Source of the DNA: an uncultured Thermoprotei archaeon
GTDB taxonomy: Archaea > Thermoproteota > Thermoprotei > Thermofilales > B15-G2
NCBI GenBank assembly: GCA_965367815.1
Contig: CBDUKN010000011.1
Coordinates: 14,180 to 78,179 of the forward strand
DNA: 64,000 bases
Direction: 5' to 3'
Both the position numbers and the translations under genes were made by a program. Below, piece by piece: positions 9,066 through 18,253 of the stretch; positions within the stretch are counted from its first letter, which is position 1, and each line of letters starts with the position of its first letter. The notes below the pieces were generated by a model, which had not been told where the DNA came from, searched no databases, and saw nothing but the letters and a program-made list of their open reading frames with translations.

Positions 9066-10731
9066 GAGCTAGAACAAAGAGTGTAAACAGTAAAAGTATA
9101 GTTATTTTTACGGCCCGTGCTGTATAAGAAGAAACTTCATATACTTTCTCTCCGAGCACTCTACATTCTTTAGAAAAAACACTTAGTTTCGCTTTGACAC
9201 GAGTAATATTACCTAAAGCGTCTTCTACAGCTTTTTCTGTTAAACTAATTATAGTATTCAGATCTGTTTTTTCTCCAAGAGGACTGTAGCCTCTACCCTT
9301 TATGTGTCCAGTATATCTATGTGTGTCTGTTGAGCATATTATAACCTTACTAAAGCCGTATTTTTCCCGTAGATGCTCTTGCAGCTTTTTTCGAACTGAA
9401 AGTACAATATTGTTTGAATCGTAAACTACTATTAGTATTTTCTCGGTTCCATAGTCTAGTACTAATGCGCTAAGGCCTCCTTCGCATATCTCTCCTTTAG
9501 TTAAATAAAATATTTCAGGAGACCTTATTGAAGATGATCCGACAGAGAGAGTCTCGCTCGGTTTAAGTCTTTCTTCAAGTACACGAGTCAATGCTTTGAG
9601 CAGAACAGAATTAATATCTTGGGAACTTGTCTTTTCACTAAATGAGCTGTGGCAGTCTATGAGCAGAGCTTTTTCAGAGAGACTTGATTGCAGTGAATGA
9701 GGAATATCGTCAATTAATCCGCTGTTATCTTCTACAAAGACAATGTTTTTACTGAAATTCTTTTTCTGCGAAGAATCTATAATAGATGTATAGTAAAGCA
9801 CTATACCATTGTTTGATAGTGAAGCAAAGTGACTTAACAGTATCTCGGTACTTGATTCTGAAAGTAAATGCTCTGAAAGATTTTTGGCCATTTCTTCGGC
9901 TTCTCTCCTAGAGACTAGATCCAATGTGTGGTCGCATGCTCCGTGTAAAACTATTACCGGACAGGAAAGCTTACTGGATATACTGTCGATCAGCAAGTAT
10001 GGCAGTGAACTACTTCCAATGTTCCTAAAAGGCCCTGGATGTACATATGGGATTGTAATGACGCACTTTACCTTATTTTCATTTGATGTAAAGATTATGT
10101 TATATATTATTATTTCTGATAATTTACTTAATTTTAATAATTCTTGTTCAAATACTTCTGAATTTCCTGTAAGCCAGTAATTGAAAAATTTCTTTCCTAA
10201 TTTAAAAAGCTGTGCATTTGACTTAAGCAAACAATATGCAGCAGACACAACTACGGCTAGAACAAAGCATCGAAAAGCTATGGTATGAGCGTAGCTTGTG
10301 CCATAAGGTAAGCTAGAAAGAAATGCATTTAGCATAAAAGCTAATATAATGTATATAAATGAAAGAATGACATTGTATAATCCTATACTTATGATTATAA
10401 ATGGTATTACATATGATATTATCATTGAGTAAATGCTTATTTTTGAGAAAAATAAATATTCAATTAATGTAGCTAATAGAGAAAAGATAGAAGCAAATAT
10501 GCCTAATCCCAGCAATCTACGTTTATTAAATATTTTCGTCTTTGATAGATTATCTATAATTTTATGTAGAATATCGTATAGGAGAAGAAATAGCGGTATA
10601 AATGAATTAAAAATGTAAATAAGTATTATTAAAGGAATAGGGCGTATGATTAAAAGGATTTTCCAGTTTGGAAGAGAAAATAAGTATTTCTTATAGTATT
10701 GAACTAGTAGGTCGAGTTTTTCTCGCTGCAT
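9058..10731 (-). CDS. DUF2070-family membrane protein
   Basis: N-terminal TM segments; HPGPFRNIGSS, HGACDH, DCH, TDTH motifs. Confidence 0.8.
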   Translation of the reverse strand: MQREKLDLLVQYYKKYLFSLPNWKILLIIRPIPLIILIYIFNSFIPLFLLLYDILHKIIDNLSKTKIFNKRRLLGLGIFASIFSLLATLIEYLFFSKISIYSMIISYVIPFIIISIGLYNVILSFIYIILAFMLNAFLSSLPYGTSYAHTIAFRCFVLAVVVSAAYCLLKSNAQLFKLGKKFFNYWLTGNSEVFEQELLKLSKLSEIIIYNIIFTSNENKVKCVITIPYVHPGPFRNIGSSSLPYLLIDSISSKLSCPVIVLHGACDHTLDLVSRREAEEMAKNLSEHLLSESSTEILLSHFASLSNNGIVLYYTSIIDSSQKKNFSKNIVFVEDNSGLIDDIPHSLQSSLSEKALLIDCHSSFSEKTSSQDINSVLLKALTRVLEERLKPSETLSVGSSSIRSPEIFYLTKGEICEGGLSALVLDYGTEKILIVVYDSNNIVLSVRKKLQEHLREKYGFSKVIICSTDTHRYTGHIKGRGYSPLGEKTDLNTIISLTEKAVEDALGNITRVKAKLSVFSKECRVLGEKVYEVSSYTARAVKITILLLFTLFVLALI

Positions 10732-10743
10732 ATTGCTGTGCTA

Positions 10744-11892
10744 TTATTTGCTTCGTTTCTTCGGCTTTTTAGGTTCTTCTGCTTCGAGGGCTCTAACCCC
10801 TATTTTCATTAGTTTTTTCATAACGCTGTCTACGAATCTTATATTAGAGCCTCTTAGACCTATGAATGCTCCAAATGCTCTCTGGCGAACAAGTACTTGT
10901 AGCTCTGAGCCAGCAAAATCTGCGTCTACTATGTGTTTACCTATCCATGGTACTGGGTGAATTGCCGTTATAAGATTTCTTAGATCTAAAGTTAGCTCGA
11001 TACACCTTATTTTGAGTCCTACGTCTTCTTCTACTGCTTGAATTCTTTCGCCTCCTTTTCCAACAACTCTTCCGAGGTATTCCTCTTTTACTACAACAAG
11101 TGCTTCTGGAACGTTTTCTGCCTTTATTTCGAATTTTTCTTTTTCTTCCTTAAATTCTACTACTGTTATTACATCTGCGTCGGGTGCGTGAACTTTAATA
11201 GAGTCTAAGATTTTTCTTTCTGAGTCGCTTAGTGGTCTTTTTCTCATTCTCATCTCCAATGCTAGGCGTACACCTTTTCTGGCGCCGGGCCTTACGATGT
11301 CCTTGAGACCTAAGTCTATGACTATGGCTTTTTCTTCACCTAGAAGCAGTTCTCTTGAGAGTGTTGCTGAGTCTTTTTCTATTGAGGGGTCTTTTTGAAG
11401 AATAGGATCTCCGGCAATGATTAGTTTAGAATTTCTGCCAATACGCATTATTATTTCACAGACTACTTCCGGTACTACAGATTGTACGTCGTCGAGCAGT
11501 ATTATGGTATTATCAAACGTTCTTCCTCTCAGGAAGTGGGGGTCTACTATTACGATTTTTCCGTTTTCTTTAAGTTTGTTTAATTCCTCGTCAGAGATCC
11601 ATCCTGTTAGTATGTCTCTTAAGTACTCTCCTGCCATAGAGTAGAAGAGGTCTCCCAGTTCTACTGAAGTGTATTCTTTTCCTGTAGTTATATCTACTAC
11701 TGGTCTAGCTATGACGAATCGCTCGTACTCGTTGTTCATTATTGCTGAAATTCCGTAAGCACAGCTTAGTAAGCTTTTTCCTGTTCCTGTGGGACCAAAT
11801 ACTCCGACAATATCACAGTCTTTACTCTTCAGTGCATTGAGTAGTTTTTCTTGACCTGGAGTGAGAGGTTTAATTTTATCTAATATGGACAT
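10744..11892 (-). CDS. PhoH-like ATPase with C-terminal KH domains
   Basis: GPTGTGKS, LRGRTF, AGDP; GRVVGKGG and FIGLRG KH motifs. Confidence 0.88.
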   Translation of the reverse strand: MSILDKIKPLTPGQEKLLNALKSKDCDIVGVFGPTGTGKSLLSCAYGISAIMNNEYERFVIARPVVDITTGKEYTSVELGDLFYSMAGEYLRDILTGWISDEELNKLKENGKIVIVDPHFLRGRTFDNTIILLDDVQSVVPEVVCEIIMRIGRNSKLIIAGDPILQKDPSIEKDSATLSRELLLGEEKAIVIDLGLKDIVRPGARKGVRLALEMRMRKRPLSDSERKILDSIKVHAPDADVITVVEFKEEKEKFEIKAENVPEALVVVKEEYLGRVVGKGGERIQAVEEDVGLKIRCIELTLDLRNLITAIHPVPWIGKHIVDADFAGSELQVLVRQRAFGAFIGLRGSNIRFVDSVMKKLMKIGVRALEAEEPKKPKKRSK

Positions 11893-12038
11893 AAGTCCCC
11901 TACATTTGCTTTAGTAAGATGTACAAAAAGTTTTCTTCGAAAAAATACGCTGGAAGACATGGTATTCTATTTACGCGGAAAAGTCTGAGGTTTCGTAGTA
12001 AATTTTAATAATCTAAGGAAGGTCGAATAGAGTGGTCG

Positions 12039-13163
12039 ATGAAAAGGAGCCACTCAATTGCAATTATTGTATCTTTATTGTTCGTGGCTTTACTTAACGT
12101 AGATACTATTTTAAGCCTAATTACAGTGAGAAAGTATTGTTTAATAACTGAATGTGTTATAGAAAATATATCTAATAGAGATTTATTCATAACACCTTCA
12201 AATATCTTGAATTTCTATTTAATTCCTACAATCGAAGGATGGCAGAAGGTAGAGAAAATTAAGGTAGTAGTTAATGGTAAAGCTTTACAAAAATATAGTA
12301 TAAAAGAGGTCGATGGAAACAAGATAATAGAGGTTCCGCTTTTTCGACTTAAGCCTGGAGAAAAACTTAATGTGACTGTTTTTCAGGAAGTTACTGCATA
12401 TAGGTTTGTTTTTCCCGGATTTAAGAGAGAAGTCCGCGGACTAAGCAATGGCTTTCAGTATCCTCTTCCTTCGAGTAAATTTACTAAACTAAATAATTTC
12501 TACAAAAAAGGTAACTTTAGTAAAGTAGTTCAGTTAATAGAGAAAGTATATGGTGATGATAAAGAGATTTTATTACATTGCATTGAATTAATTTTAAATA
12601 AAATCAAGTATTCTAATTCCTCATACGGTATTACTCCTCCAGCAGCAACCCTAGAAAGAGGTTATGGAAGCTGCGGAGATATCTCAGCTCTACTTGTAGC
12701 TATGCTTAGAGCAAAACATATCCCTGCATATATTTGTTTTAGCTATGTTTATGAAGAAGGTCTAAAGGTGTCGGAGAGAACTCCTGTTCTGTCTGTCGAA
12801 TATAGAAACTTAGGACCACACGCATTCGTTATGGTCTATTTAGACTCTGTTGGATGGGTTCCTGTAGACATAGTGATCCATGCAGGTAATAGGCCTCAGG
12901 ATTGTGTAGAAAGTGCTGGAATAAATATTAATGAGCGGCTAATAGTCTATGGGAGAGCCATAGAAATGGATCCAAATATATTCCTAATTATTGCACCCGA
13001 AGACGGTACAAAGGTAAGTGTCACGTATGAAGGAGTACCTATGCCTATTGAAATAGACTACACAAAGATATTTTACTCTCTAATGATGGGAGTTTTAATC
13101 GGTTATATAGTGTACTTAGTCTTAGAGTCAGAAAGTAGTTATAAGAGCTTTTTAGAAAAATAA
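12039..13163 (+). CDS. Secreted/membrane-anchored transglutaminase-like protein
   Basis: Signal peptide, Cys-His-Asp triad (GSCGD, HAF, VPVD), C-terminal TM. Confidence 0.8.
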   Translation: MKRSHSIAIIVSLLFVALLNVDTILSLITVRKYCLITECVIENISNRDLFITPSNILNFYLIPTIEGWQKVEKIKVVVNGKALQKYSIKEVDGNKIIEVPLFRLKPGEKLNVTVFQEVTAYRFVFPGFKREVRGLSNGFQYPLPSSKFTKLNNFYKKGNFSKVVQLIEKVYGDDKEILLHCIELILNKIKYSNSSYGITPPAATLERGYGSCGDISALLVAMLRAKHIPAYICFSYVYEEGLKVSERTPVLSVEYRNLGPHAFVMVYLDSVGWVPVDIVIHAGNRPQDCVESAGININERLIVYGRAIEMDPNIFLIIAPEDGTKVSVTYEGVPMPIEIDYTKIFYSLMMGVLIGYIVYLVLESESSYKSFLEK

Positions 13164-13201
13164 GGAAGCTATTTATCAGTGAAAAGAGGAAAAGAACCAC
13201 T

Positions 13202-13414
13202 ATGAAATTTGAAGTGCATGTAATAGCGGATAGATGTAAGGAATGTGGAATATGTATAGAGGTTTGTCCGCGTCAAGTGCTAAAGATGGGCAATGAAATA
13301 AATAGGTATGGCTACAGATATCCTATAGTTGTTGCTGAGGATAGATGTATAGGTTGTAGGAACTGTGAATATCACTGTCCAGATTTCGCTATTTTTGTAA
13401 AGAAGGTAGAGTGA
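13202..13414 (+). CDS. korD: 2-oxoacid:ferredoxin oxidoreductase delta subunit / ferredoxin
   Basis: Two CxxCxxCxxxCP motifs; CPDFAI. Confidence 0.85.
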   Translation: MKFEVHVIADRCKECGICIEVCPRQVLKMGNEINRYGYRYPIVVAEDRCIGCRNCEYHCPDFAIFVKKVE

Positions 13415-13523
13415 AAACATAGTATTGGTAAAAGAAACCTTAATGTAAGTAAAAATAAAGCAAAGAAGTAGTCAAGGCTAGATTTAAAACCTTTGAATAA
13501 GGTATAAAGACAGTCTTAGGCGA

Positions 13524-14687
13524 ATGGAGGATATTATGTCAGGGCGCGTTGAGTTTGTACATGGAGACTATGCCTGCGCAATGGCAGCAATTGATGCAGG
13601 GTGCCGTTTTTTCGCTAGCTACCCAATAACACCTAGTACAGAAATAGCTGAATATATGGCTAGAGAGCTCCCTAAAGTAGGTGGAGTTTTCATACAGTTT
13701 GAAGACGAACTAGGATCTATTATGGCTATAATAGGAGCGTCCTGGGCGGGCCTTAAAGCTATGACAGCTACATCGGGGCCCGGCATATGTCTTATGGCTG
13801 AAGCTATAGGCTTTGCAGCTATGACTGAAACTCCTTGTGTAATAGTTGATGTGCAGAGAGCTGGGCCCGCGACAGGTGCAGCTACAAGGCCATGGCAAGG
13901 GGATCTTCAGCAAGTAAAGTGGCTTAGTAGCGGAGACTATGAAATAATAGCGCTTTACCCCTGGAGTGTTCAGGAAACATACTTCTTGACCATAGATGCT
14001 TTCAACTTGGCTGAAATGTATCGAGTGCCTGTTTTTTTTCTCTTAGATGCAGTTGTAGGTCATATGAGAGAAAAACTAGTTATTCCTCCAAAAGATCAGA
14101 TAAAAATAGTTAATAGAAAAAAGCCTAGCGGAGTTCCTGACGAAGAATCAAGGAAAAGGTTTAAGCCTTATGAGCCTGATCCAGAAACTCTTGTTCCGCC
14201 TATGGCCTGCTTTGGCGAAGGATGGAGAACTCGGTGCGAAACTAGTGCTCATGATGAGTGGGGACTGCCGGCAGACAACAAGTCTGATGTTCACGGCGCG
14301 CTTGTAAAGAGACTTTGCGATAAAATAAGGAAGAATAGAGATAAGATTGTAAAATGGGATATAGCGTTTTGTGAAGGAAGCTTAGACTATTTAATTGTTT
14401 CTGAAGGATTTATGGCAAGAATATGCAAGGCGGCAGTTCTAGAACTCAGAGAGAAGGGCCTCAAAATAGGTCTTTTTAGACCAATAACAATATGGCCGTT
14501 TCCAGATAAAGAACTGAGAGAAGTAGCTAGCAAGGTTTCGAAGAAAATATTCGTGATTGAAATGAATTATGGACAAGTTTACAAAGAGGTCACTAGATTT
14601 TCTGAAAATGTCGAATTAATACCGTGGTTATCTTATGAACCCCCTACCCCTCGAGATATTATCAATCTTATAAGGGAGAGAATATGA
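13524..14687 (+). CDS. korA: 2-oxoacid:ferredoxin oxidoreductase alpha subunit (KorA-like)
   Basis: YPITPS, EDE, ATSGPG, VQRAGP. Confidence 0.88.
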   Translation: MEDIMSGRVEFVHGDYACAMAAIDAGCRFFASYPITPSTEIAEYMARELPKVGGVFIQFEDELGSIMAIIGASWAGLKAMTATSGPGICLMAEAIGFAAMTETPCVIVDVQRAGPATGAATRPWQGDLQQVKWLSSGDYEIIALYPWSVQETYFLTIDAFNLAEMYRVPVFFLLDAVVGHMREKLVIPPKDQIKIVNRKKPSGVPDEESRKRFKPYEPDPETLVPPMACFGEGWRTRCETSAHDEWGLPADNKSDVHGALVKRLCDKIRKNRDKIVKWDIAFCEGSLDYLIVSEGFMARICKAAVLELREKGLKIGLFRPITIWPFPDKELREVASKVSKKIFVIEMNYGQVYKEVTRFSENVELIPWLSYEPPTPRDIINLIRERI

Positions 14688-15499
14688 AACATCCTCTTGA
14701 CGAGTATTTAAGAATAGAGGCATTTCCTACGATATGGTGTCCGGGCTGTGGAAATGGCATAGTGCTAGGGGCTATAGCTAGGGCTTTAAAGCGAGCTAAA
14801 GTAGACCCGGATAAAGTTGTGTTAGTTACAGGAATAGGGTGCGCTGGACGCATGGCTACGTATCTCTATACAGATAATGCACATGTTCTGCATGGAAGAG
14901 CTATACCTTTTGCTACAGGTGTCAAATTAGCCAAGCCTGATCTTGAAGTAATTGTTGTAGGAGGAGACGGCGATATACTAGCGATAGGAGGGAATCACTT
15001 AATACATGCAGCGCGGAGAAACATGGATCTGTTAGTGATAATGGTTAATAACCAGATTTATGGAATGACTGGAGGACAAGTGGCCCCGACGTCGCCATTG
15101 GGTGCCTATACTACAACAACGCCCTATGGGAATATTATTGAGAGACCATTTAATGCGGTTAAACTTGTTGCCGCAGCCGGAGCAAATTATGTTGCTCGAT
15201 GGACTGTAGCTCATCCCATACAGTTAACTCTTTCAATAAAGGAGTGTCTTAAGAAAAGAGGGTTCAGATTTATTGAAGTAGTATCTATCTGTCCAACGAT
15301 CTATGGCAGACTAAATAAGCTTGGAGGTGCACCAAATATGATAAAGCTATTGAGAAAAATTTCTGTCGTTAAAAAAGTTCCTCCAGAAGAAGCTGAAATA
15401 TCTGCTGATAAAATAGTGTGTGGAGTTTTTGTTAATAAAGATGAAGAGGGGTATATGGATAGATTAATAAAGTATAGAGAGAGGGCTCTGAGAACATGA
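14684..15499 (+). CDS. korB: 2-oxoacid:ferredoxin oxidoreductase beta subunit (KorB-like)
   Basis: WCPGCG, HGRA, GDGD, IGGNH, YGMTGGQ. Confidence 0.9.
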   Translation: MKHPLDEYLRIEAFPTIWCPGCGNGIVLGAIARALKRAKVDPDKVVLVTGIGCAGRMATYLYTDNAHVLHGRAIPFATGVKLAKPDLEVIVVGGDGDILAIGGNHLIHAARRNMDLLVIMVNNQIYGMTGGQVAPTSPLGAYTTTTPYGNIIERPFNAVKLVAAAGANYVARWTVAHPIQLTLSIKECLKKRGFRFIEVVSICPTIYGRLNKLGGAPNMIKLLRKISVVKKVPPEEAEISADKIVCGVFVNKDEEGYMDRLIKYRERALRT

Positions 15500-16041
15500 T
15501 TCAAATAATTATAGGTGGTAGGGGAGGACAGGGAATACAGTTTGCAGGACACTTGTTAGCAAGAGCTGCCTGCATATATATGGATAAGTATGTTGTCCAG
15601 GTAGAGTCTTACGGTGCTGAGGCGAGAGGAGGAGAGTCTAGGTCCGAGATAATCATAAGTGATACTGAGATATCACTGGTAGGTGTAGTGGAAGCCGACT
15701 ACGCTATAATGCTTTTTCAAAAAGCATACGATAGATACATTAAGAAAGTCAAAAAGAATGGTATAGTATTTATAGATAAAACATATGTAAGAAAATACTA
15801 TAAAAATATAAAAACAATAGCAATACCAGCGTATGAAGTAGCACTGAGCATAGGAAGCCCGATAGTAATGAACGTGGTTTCTCTGGGAGTTTTTGCAGGG
15901 TATACAGGGGTTGTTTCAGAGGAGGCATTACGAAGGGCTCTCGAAGACTTAGTTAAAAAGGAGTATGTAGACCTAAACATTGCAGCTTTGCGTAAAGGTG
16001 TGAAGATAGGAAGGGAGCTCAAAGAAAGTGAAAATCATTAA
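15496..16041 (+). CDS. korC: 2-oxoacid:ferredoxin oxidoreductase gamma subunit
   Basis: GRGGQG, YGAEARGG. Confidence 0.88.
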   Translation: MIQIIIGGRGGQGIQFAGHLLARAACIYMDKYVVQVESYGAEARGGESRSEIIISDTEISLVGVVEADYAIMLFQKAYDRYIKKVKKNGIVFIDKTYVRKYYKNIKTIAIPAYEVALSIGSPIVMNVVSLGVFAGYTGVVSEEALRRALEDLVKKEYVDLNIAALRKGVKIGRELKESENH

Positions 16042-16568
16042 TCTCTAAGTTTTCTTCCACAGTGAGGACAGAATATGTGAATATCTCCTAGAGGGAGATC
16101 TCCTCCACAATAGGGGCATGTTTTCTTAGAAGCTAGGGGGACCTCTTCTCTTTCTTCTCTACTAATTGAAGGAGTTATAGTTACTGGAGCTTCTGACTTG
16201 GTTGCAGCTACAGTCGTCGTAGGCCTTGCTGTAGGAGTTTCTACAACTTGTTCAGCAACAGCAGTAACTGCTGGAGCTTTACTTAAGAGAAGCTTTGACT
16301 CTATAAGTTTTCTGTAATGTTTACTGATCTCTACTTTGAGCGCCATGTATATTGATATAAATAAGGCCAATGAGGCTAAAGTCTCTAACATTTTTCTCAG
16401 AAATACTTCTTCTGAAAAGTTCTGATTAAGTAGGCTAGCTATTAAGGGTACTATGTATAAAATCGCGCCTATAATGATTATGTGTTTTGATGAGAAGCCC
16501 GAAGACTTCTTTTTCTTCTTTACTTTCCTTTTAGGAGGTCTTCTCTTAGATCTTCTCGCTTTAGGCAT
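16038..16568 (-). CDS. Two-TM membrane protein with basic N-tail and C-terminal zinc ribbon
   Basis: K/R-rich N-terminus, two hydrophobic helices, P/T-rich linker, CPYC..CPHC. Confidence 0.75.
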   Translation of the reverse strand: MPKARRSKRRPPKRKVKKKKKSSGFSSKHIIIIGAILYIVPLIASLLNQNFSEEVFLRKMLETLASLALFISIYMALKVEISKHYRKLIESKLLLSKAPAVTAVAEQVVETPTARPTTTVAATKSEAPVTITPSISREEREEVPLASKKTCPYCGGDLPLGDIHIFCPHCGRKLRD

Positions 16569-16577
16569 GTTTTCACC

Positions 16578-16649
16578 GTGATTCGCCGCTCATTACAAAC
16601 ACTATTCATTAGATCATAGCTTGGGCCCTAAATCATCGCGGCGAGTCAC
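16578..16649 (-). ncRNA. Box C/D-like RNA with 12-bp terminal stem
   Basis: GTGACTCGCCGC-GATGA-TTTAGGGCCCAAGCT-ATGA-TC-TAATGA-ATAGTGTTTGTA-ATGA-GCGGCGAATCAC. Confidence 0.6.
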
Positions 16650-16693
16650 TATCTACTTTTAAATACTATAATATTAATGTTTCGTTGAGGAAG

Positions 16694-18154
16694 CTATACT
16701 GTTAGTGATTTGATAAAATCTTTTAGGCAGTATTTTATTGAGAAAATCCACGGATTCTTTACTTGAAGCTGATTAATTTTTTCGAGTAGCGTTATTCTGA
16801 AAGCTATAGGTGGATGTGGGTCCCATAGTAGCCAGCTTCTAGTTCTTCCATATACTTTGATTTCTCTTAAAAGTCTACGCAAGCCTATTTTCTTAAGAGC
16901 TGCAGCGAGGGCAGAGCCTTTTCCGAGAACAACAGCTGACTCTATGTCGGCTCTTGTTTCTAAGAATTTTGCTACAAAGAATAAGGCTGTTAAAGATATG
17001 TATAGGTAAACTAGCTCAAAGAATACACCTAGTTTAAGTAGTAGTGGGAAGAGAATATATGTCAAAATATACACTCTAGTCAAGTACTCTACTGAGCTTA
17101 ACAAGTAGAATATGAGCGGGTCTTTATTTTTCATGTGGCTAGCTTCATGACCTATTACGGCCATTATCTCCTCATCGTTGAGTTTTACTAGTAAACCTGA
17201 TGTAATTAAAAGAACTGAATTAGAGCTTAGTACTCCACTAGCAGCGGCGTTCGGAATTATTATATTCGACAGTATTATTTTCGGCACCTTGAGATTGTAT
17301 TTTTCAAATACAGTGGTAACTAGTGAATATAAGTCAGTTATCCTGATCTTAATATGAAGTGGGTCTACTGATGCTCCATACTTTTCTAGTATACTAGCTA
17401 TTTTCTGGCTATTTTCTTCTGATGTGAAGTTTTTTGATATTACGTTATAGATTTCTCTTTTTATTTCATATTTGTATTTATTAAATATATTTTTTACAAA
17501 GTTATCATATTCATTGAATGGTAAAGAAATATCTACAATTACTACCAAGGGGAAATCTCTGGTTATTACCCAGTCGGTAAGTGCTTCTATTATTTGTGGC
17601 GCAAAAATAATGAGGGGAGTTTGAGATAATATTATTGCAATAGGTAAATATTCTAATGGTATGAATGCTGATAATAGTAAATAAATTCCTACTGATATTA
17701 ACATAGAGAATACAAATAAGTAAATCATATTTTCAAAGAACAGTCTCTCTACTATCTTATGTTTTCTTGTTAATTGTCTTAAGGGAATTATCGGCTGACC
17801 TGGTACGTATATAAAATACACATGACCGAAACCTTCTGTCTCTATGAAAAAGTAGGTGTATAGCTCGATTATTTGCGATATTTCATTTAATATCTCATGA
17901 CGTGCATGTAGACCGCTGATGCTGTATTTAGGATTTTTTGCTGCAAGTATTAGTACTTCAGTAGAAGCGCCAGGTGGTTGTGAAATTTTTACTAAAAGGC
18001 AGGGAGACATATTGTATGTTGATTTAATTGTGTATTCAAGGTAGTTTTTAAATCTAGTTTCGAAAACTTCTTTCATGAAATCTAAGTATTTATCGAATAG
18101 AGTATCCTTGAGCTCTACTTCTTTAAGTTCTCTCTGTAAAATAGTTATAGACAT
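16694..18154 (-). CDS. M48 (HtpX-like) membrane zinc metalloprotease with N-terminal extension
   Basis: PNAAA, HEASH, E.RAD, HPP motifs. Confidence 0.85.
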   Translation of the reverse strand: MSITILQRELKEVELKDTLFDKYLDFMKEVFETRFKNYLEYTIKSTYNMSPCLLVKISQPPGASTEVLILAAKNPKYSISGLHARHEILNEISQIIELYTYFFIETEGFGHVYFIYVPGQPIIPLRQLTRKHKIVERLFFENMIYLFVFSMLISVGIYLLLSAFIPLEYLPIAIILSQTPLIIFAPQIIEALTDWVITRDFPLVVIVDISLPFNEYDNFVKNIFNKYKYEIKREIYNVISKNFTSEENSQKIASILEKYGASVDPLHIKIRITDLYSLVTTVFEKYNLKVPKIILSNIIIPNAAASGVLSSNSVLLITSGLLVKLNDEEIMAVIGHEASHMKNKDPLIFYLLSSVEYLTRVYILTYILFPLLLKLGVFFELVYLYISLTALFFVAKFLETRADIESAVVLGKGSALAAALKKIGLRRLLREIKVYGRTRSWLLWDPHPPIAFRITLLEKINQLQVKNPWIFSIKYCLKDFIKSLTV

Positions 18155-18253
18155 CTCAAGAAAGGGTCTCCTAGCTAGTATAAAAGCTTAATTATTCTTT
18201 AAGGATAAAGAAAACGTTTATTAATAAATTTTCTACAAAATTTATTTAAATAT

